Shown piece after piece: positions 51,111-56,192 of a stretch of 56,192 nt of DNA; position 1 is the first letter of the stretch; every line of letters starts with the position of its first letter. The translations under genes and the position numbers were made by a program. Under the pieces are notes generated by a model. It made no database searches. It had not been told where the DNA came from and saw nothing but the letters and a program-made list of their open reading frames with translations. Origin of the DNA: Octopus bimaculoides (lineage: Eukaryota). Location: contig NC_068996.1 of the NCBI RefSeq assembly GCF_001194135.2, forward strand, positions 34,286,448-34,342,639, read 5' to 3'.

Positions 51111-52184
51111 ATGAGTAGGTTACTAGTGGATCTACAGCTACAGAAAACATAGTGGGTTATGTTACCCAATATGTTATCAACATTTATATAGTATTGTATT
51201 TGTTTTCTGTATTAGTGGTTCCCAAACTTACTTTGTCAATGAACCCTTATATTATTTTCCAAAAATCACAGAACTCATGCCTATATTCTACAGACAACCC
51301 TCATCTTTACTATTTTAATAAAATATTAAATGAAATAAGAATTGCTTAAAAGGAAAAACAAATTATATAAAAAATAACGTTGAAATGGTGAATACCTCTT
51401 TTTTTATGAAATATTTTTCTATTGAATTCTATTGAAAGATCCCTTGACTTGCAGAAAGACCAGAATGTTTTTATGAGAACTGCTTTGAGAACCATCATCT
51501 TTGTTGATACAATGATTCTTTGAATGCCTAAAAGGAAAACAGTTTATATTTTGGGACGGTCATTACACCAATAACAAACACACACTGCTTCTATTTCATT
51601 TCTTTATTATTTGTCAGTTGGCTAACGATTTAACCAATTAACTAATCTGTTATTTGATCAATCATTTGGATAATCAGTCGATCATGTCAAAGTCCTTTCA
51701 TCATCATTCACAAGTTATTCAGCGACAAACCCTCTCTACTGATTGACTAACCGCATGACTAATCAAGCAATCATTAGTTAATTGGTTAAATAGTAACCGA
51801 TTAATGAATAAAGCGAACGGTATATTATAAAAGAAGTGAAATAGAACAAGTGTGTGTGTTTTAGCATAATGACCCTCCCAAGATAAATCAAAATCTGTTT
51901 TCAACTCATGGTTTCATATCAAAAATCTTGCAAAGCAAATACAAAAACTTTGTTTGTAAAATGTTTGGTAGCATCATTTACATGATTTAAGAAATCAGAC
52001 AATGGAGAGGTAAGATAAATGTTTAACTTTCTGCCAGCTATCATTGAATACATTTATAATCGAAGGCCTTTCAACTGTGACCACCACATAGATCTTTTCC
52101 AAAACAGGTTTATACTATTCAATGTCACTTTTCATTCTGGTTGAGCAATATCATAAAGGCTTCACATAAAGGCTGTTTTTATAA

Positions 52185-52380
52185 AGGTGGTGAGCTGGCA
52201 GAATCATTAGTGTGTTGGATAAAATGCTTAGTGGCATTTTTTCTGGCTCTTTATATTCTGAGATCAAATTCTGCCGTGGTCAATTTTGTTGTTTATCTTT
52301 TTGTGAGATCAATATAATCAAATTGCCCCCTCACCTCAAAATTGCTGGGTATGTGTCAAAATGTGAAATTATTATTGTCT
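52185..52380 (+). mobile_element. SINE family B copy
   Basis: GGTGAGCTGGCAGAATCATTAG..ATGCTTAGTGGCATTT..GAGATCAAATTCTGCCG.GGTCAA. Confidence 0.7.
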
Positions 52381-52929
52381 TTGACTGTATGGGATAATAG
52401 GTACATGACAATCAATGCTGATTGCATCATTAAACGTACAATTTTTGTGTAGGAAGTTGGGGACATGCTTGTTGACCACGGTCACTTTTCACTCAACCAT
52501 ACCTTAGTAAGTGTACTTAATATTGGCTCACACTAGGAACTTTTAAATGCAAATGTTCTCAATGTTATTGCAGAATCAATAAGAAAAATACACAAGTTTG
52601 AAACAAAGAAGATACTTCACTCTTGAATCTTGGGGAATGAAGCTAGATATGGTTATGATTAATTATTAATAATTAAAACTTTGATAGCTCAATAGGTAGG
52701 TGTTATTTTTGTTGTTGTAAAGGCAAGGAAACTGGCACTTTTTGACAGTACTATGTACTACAGTGATATGTAATTAACAGGTTAATTAGATGATATAACT
52801 TGTCAGTTTTTATCTCATTTGTTGGTTTTTCCTGAAATTGTTCATGGCTGCAGTTGGAGATTAGCATGGCATATATGTGGGATAAAGCAAATATTTTCAG
52901 ATTATAAAAAGGAAATTAACATATCTGGT

Positions 52930-52988
<59 letters not shown>

Positions 52989-54428
52989 AATTGATAGCTG
53001 AAAAATTTTAGTTTCAGTTCACAAGGTGCCAAGTTCAAATCCTGACTTTTTTTTATGTCCCTCCACTTGATAAAATAAATAGTAATGATAGTAGTCTGGA
53101 ATGGAGATGTAGTGAGGTTGATGCAATTAATTATAGCCTTCTTTAACTGTTGTCATTGTGTCTAAATAAGAGATAAATATTTAGCAATGGTAAAAGATTG
53201 ATATAAAAGCTGTACATTTTACTCTGAGTACTTTTTGTTCTTATGGTATCTAAGCTGGTTGGTGAATGAGCAGAGAAGCATAAGGTTGAAGTCTTCCTTT
53301 AGTCCTGTCTCATCAAAGACATGACAATCTCTCTAGTGCTTGTGCCATTATAAAATAACCATTAAACTACAAATATCCTATAAACATTGGTGATAAGAAG
53401 AGCATTTATTTTGGAGAAACCAATCCAACTAACATGGTCCTCTGATCTGTCTTTGAGAATAGTGACTTCCAAAAGGAACTGATTGTGCTGGCCTGTCCAA
53501 TCCATGCTACCATGGATAATGGACATAAATGGATGAATTTGAAATGGCATTTTGCATGTTAATTTTAGTATCATTTAGCTTCAACCCTTTAGCATTTAAA
53601 CTGACCATATCCAGCCTATATATTTTACTTGTTTTATGTTCACATTAGCCAGATCTGGTCTCTTTCACCTGCCCTATAATATGTCATTCTAAAAATAAAT
53701 GAGCACTACATTTCATAGAGTAATCTGAATAGAAAAGGCTTAAATATATCTCCTTTATTTATAAGCTGATTAGAAACTTTTTGTCTGAATATAAATCCAG
53801 ATTTCGGTTCCAAAATTTTGGAATTTGGTAGGTATCTTTCTTGTTTGATTTGATACTAGTTCCTCAGTAAATACAGAACATAACCTTTCATTATTATCTT
53901 GCTGAATTAGGGCAGTTTAATTATTGAGTATCAAAATTGTGGTATTTCTTTCGGTATTTTGCCATCAAATCCTACCAAAGTCAACTTTGCTTTCAAACAT
54001 TCCAGAGTTGATAAAATAAAGTATCAGTCTAGAACTGGGATCAATTTCATCAGTTAACTCTTAACTCCAACCCAATTTTGGGTATTGCAACTTTGTTAGA
54101 ATCTATTACTATTTGTTAAACTATTTATCAAAAATTTTTAACATTGAATGGCTTTTGATTTTGGTTTTCTAGAATTAAATACATTTGTTTAATATGAATG
54201 GAATTTTACACAAGTTAAAAATATACATGTAAATAATTTGTTTTGCAAGTAAATTATTTTACTCCTGAAATCTTATGGCTTTGAAGAATTGGTAATGTAG
54301 CAGTAATGAATCCAAAGACGCTAGTCTTCAGCAGGTTATAAATTTATTTCAAGAATGAAAAGTAAAGTTCTTAGAAATTTTTTATAATGAAATATTTTTT
54401 TACTACTTGATGGTGCCGGTGGTGGTTG

Positions 54429-54781
54429 TTATTACCTCCGCCTTAGCGAAGGCAGAGGTTTGTTTTCAGTTGTGTTTGTTTGTCCATGGACAAGATATCT
54501 CATTAACCACTGGATCGATTCCAATGAAAATTTCAGGAATGGTTGCCTCATGACTAGCATGAACTGATTAGACTTTGGGATCAATTTGGTACTGGACAAG
54601 GATTCTGGATTATTTTTTCTGTTTTTTTACTTAATTTTTGAGAGCAGTCGGGTTCATTTTTTAGTATTCTCATTTGTGAGAGCAGTCGAGTTTATTTCAG
54701 ATATTCTCATTTTAAAAATCATCTCTGGCTAATCGTTGAGAGGACGTTGGCAGAGGCTTGCGCTATCTGAGTGCTCTTATT
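54429..54781 (+). mobile_element. Helentron-associated non-autonomous element (HINE/DINE-1-like)
   Basis: 5' TTATTACCTCCGCC with hairpin CCTCCGCCTT-AGCG-AAGGCAGAGG, then (GTTT)n. Subterminal GGCAGAGG at 54749-54756 followed by a 3' stem-loop GCGCT-ATCTG-AGTGC. T-rich flanks. Confidence 0.7.
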
Positions 54782-55639
54782 TAATCTTGAGTTGGTCCTC
54801 ATTTGACAGATTTATTGTCAGAGATATTGCCACTAGGACCATCTTGCCTCTTGTATCTTTAGGTGTGGTGTACCTGAGACTACACTATTGAATTTGTCAT
54901 TTCTGTTTTAAGATGGGGTGTGATTTGAGAGAGATTTAGCTGCTAAGTTTTAGTGTGTTAAGCAATCACATAGCTTCTATCTCATTAGATGATTACTACT
55001 CAATAGACTTGTAAGAATTTAATAACTTAAGGATCACAATGAATGTTAATAGGAGAAATTTAATATTCTTGGAGATTTGTGGTGACTGTAGTGATTGCAA
55101 ATGGTCTGATGTCTGTAAGGTGGTTGTAGTGGCTGAAAGAGGACTATAGTGACTGTAGATCTGCTGTGACAAATAGGTTTAAAAACTAGATTTTTTTGTT
55201 TTTTATTTTCATCTGAAAAGAAATTAATATTTTTCTACCATTTTGTTTAATGTTTATACTATTGCTAGCTATCAGTATATTTTGATTTTGTTTCAGAACT
55301 TTTGGGAAGTATATTTTATCAGTGTTAGAATCCTAATTATTGGTTTAATGAGGGAGCTTCTATAAAGTGTTAACTGAAAGTTGATATTGGTTTATACATC
55401 ATTGAAGGTTGATTGTAATGAAGGTCACCCTAATTCATGATGGCAGCACAACAGTTCATTGTGCTGTGCTGAGTTCAAACCATGCTATCTGTTTTGGTTG
55501 GACAGGCTGTGCCATGCAATATTGTTCTGGATACTCACTTTGAAGACCAGTGCTTCGACGATATAACCCTGTGAATTATAGGATTCACTACTTCTCAGGG
55601 TTTTTTTTTACTAGTATTATGTTTGACCATCTTGTGACA

Positions 55640-55925
55640 CACTAGTTAAATACACTCACACTGATGCCCTGTTCATTACAACAACAAGGATTTCAGTTGA
55701 TCCAGGTAATGGAACAGCTTCCTCGTGAAATAATGTGTAAGTGGCTGAGCCCACCATAGACATGCATACCTTTAACAAGTTCTTGGGTAGATTCAGCATA
55801 ACACAGAATGTGACGTGGCTGGCCCCTTGAATTACTCTTACAACTCATTTTTTGCAATCTGAGTGGATTGGAGCAAATTTCTTGCTCGAGGACACAGCAT
55901 AACTGCTGGGTATTGAACCTGTGGC
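55640..55925 (-). mobile_element. Probable tRNA-derived SINE, third family
   Basis: Reverse complement has a B-box-like GGTTCAATACC and GTGTCCTCGAGCAAG block. Highly diverged. Confidence 0.45.
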
Positions 55926-55927
55926 CT

Positions 55928-56192
55928 TCATCATCATCATCGTCGTCGTCGTTTAATGTCCGCTTTCCATGCTAGCATGGGTTGGACGATTTGACTGAGG
56001 ACTGGTGAAACCAGATGGCTACACCAAGCTCCAATCTGATTTGGCAGATTTTCTACATCTGGATGCCCTTCCTAACGCCAGCCACTCAGAGAGTGTAGTG
56101 GGTGCTTTTACGTGTCACCGGCACGAAATGGTGTATTTTATGTGCCACCCACACAAGAGCCAATCCAGGGGCACTGGCAACGGTCTCGCTTG
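55928..56192 (-). mobile_element. RTE family 1 3' end running off the window
   Basis: (CAT)n(CGT)n TTTAATGTCCGCTTTCCATGCTAGCATGGGTTGGAC..TGGATGCCCTTCCTAACGCC, then minisatellite units. Confidence 0.9.

Noticed and set aside
2593-56192. Antisense bias of RTE family 1 copies relative to the PAQR3 strand
   Set aside because: About 6 minus versus 4 plus fragments, too few to distinguish from chance.

Overview
Eukaryotic, AT-rich, gapped (N-run) assembly dense in microsatellites. The repeat repertoire looks like an octopus/cephalopod genome (inference, not verified). I can support only one host coding segment: a 91-bp internal exon of a PAQR3-like gene (36388-36478, + strand), so the rest is probably intronic or intergenic. 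The remainder is mostly decayed mobile DNA: HERO and R4/Dong restriction-like-endonuclease LINEs, two RTE LINE families (one near full-length BovB-like, the other with a PHD finger in ORF2 and a 3'UTR minisatellite), CR1/L2-type LINEs, a Penelope-like (PLE) RT fragment, a CsRn1-like Gypsy pol, a mariner, a complete hAT with an 8-bp TSD, a HINE-like element and several tRNA-SINEs. The most striking structure is a set of four ORF-less foldback elements (4587-5008, 14539-14838, 37030-38035, 38270-39145) carrying hammerhead-ribozyme cores or remnants. One has an intact type I hammerhead core (37218-37348, - strand) whose stem II holds an 82-nt cloverleaf-like insert. Another places a tRNA-like Pol III head upstream of a decayed hammerhead. 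Most ORF-track entries are microsatellite, N-gap or antisense-TE artefacts. Family calls rest on recalled consensus motifs; no database search was run, and TE boundaries are approximate unless TIR/TSD are given.
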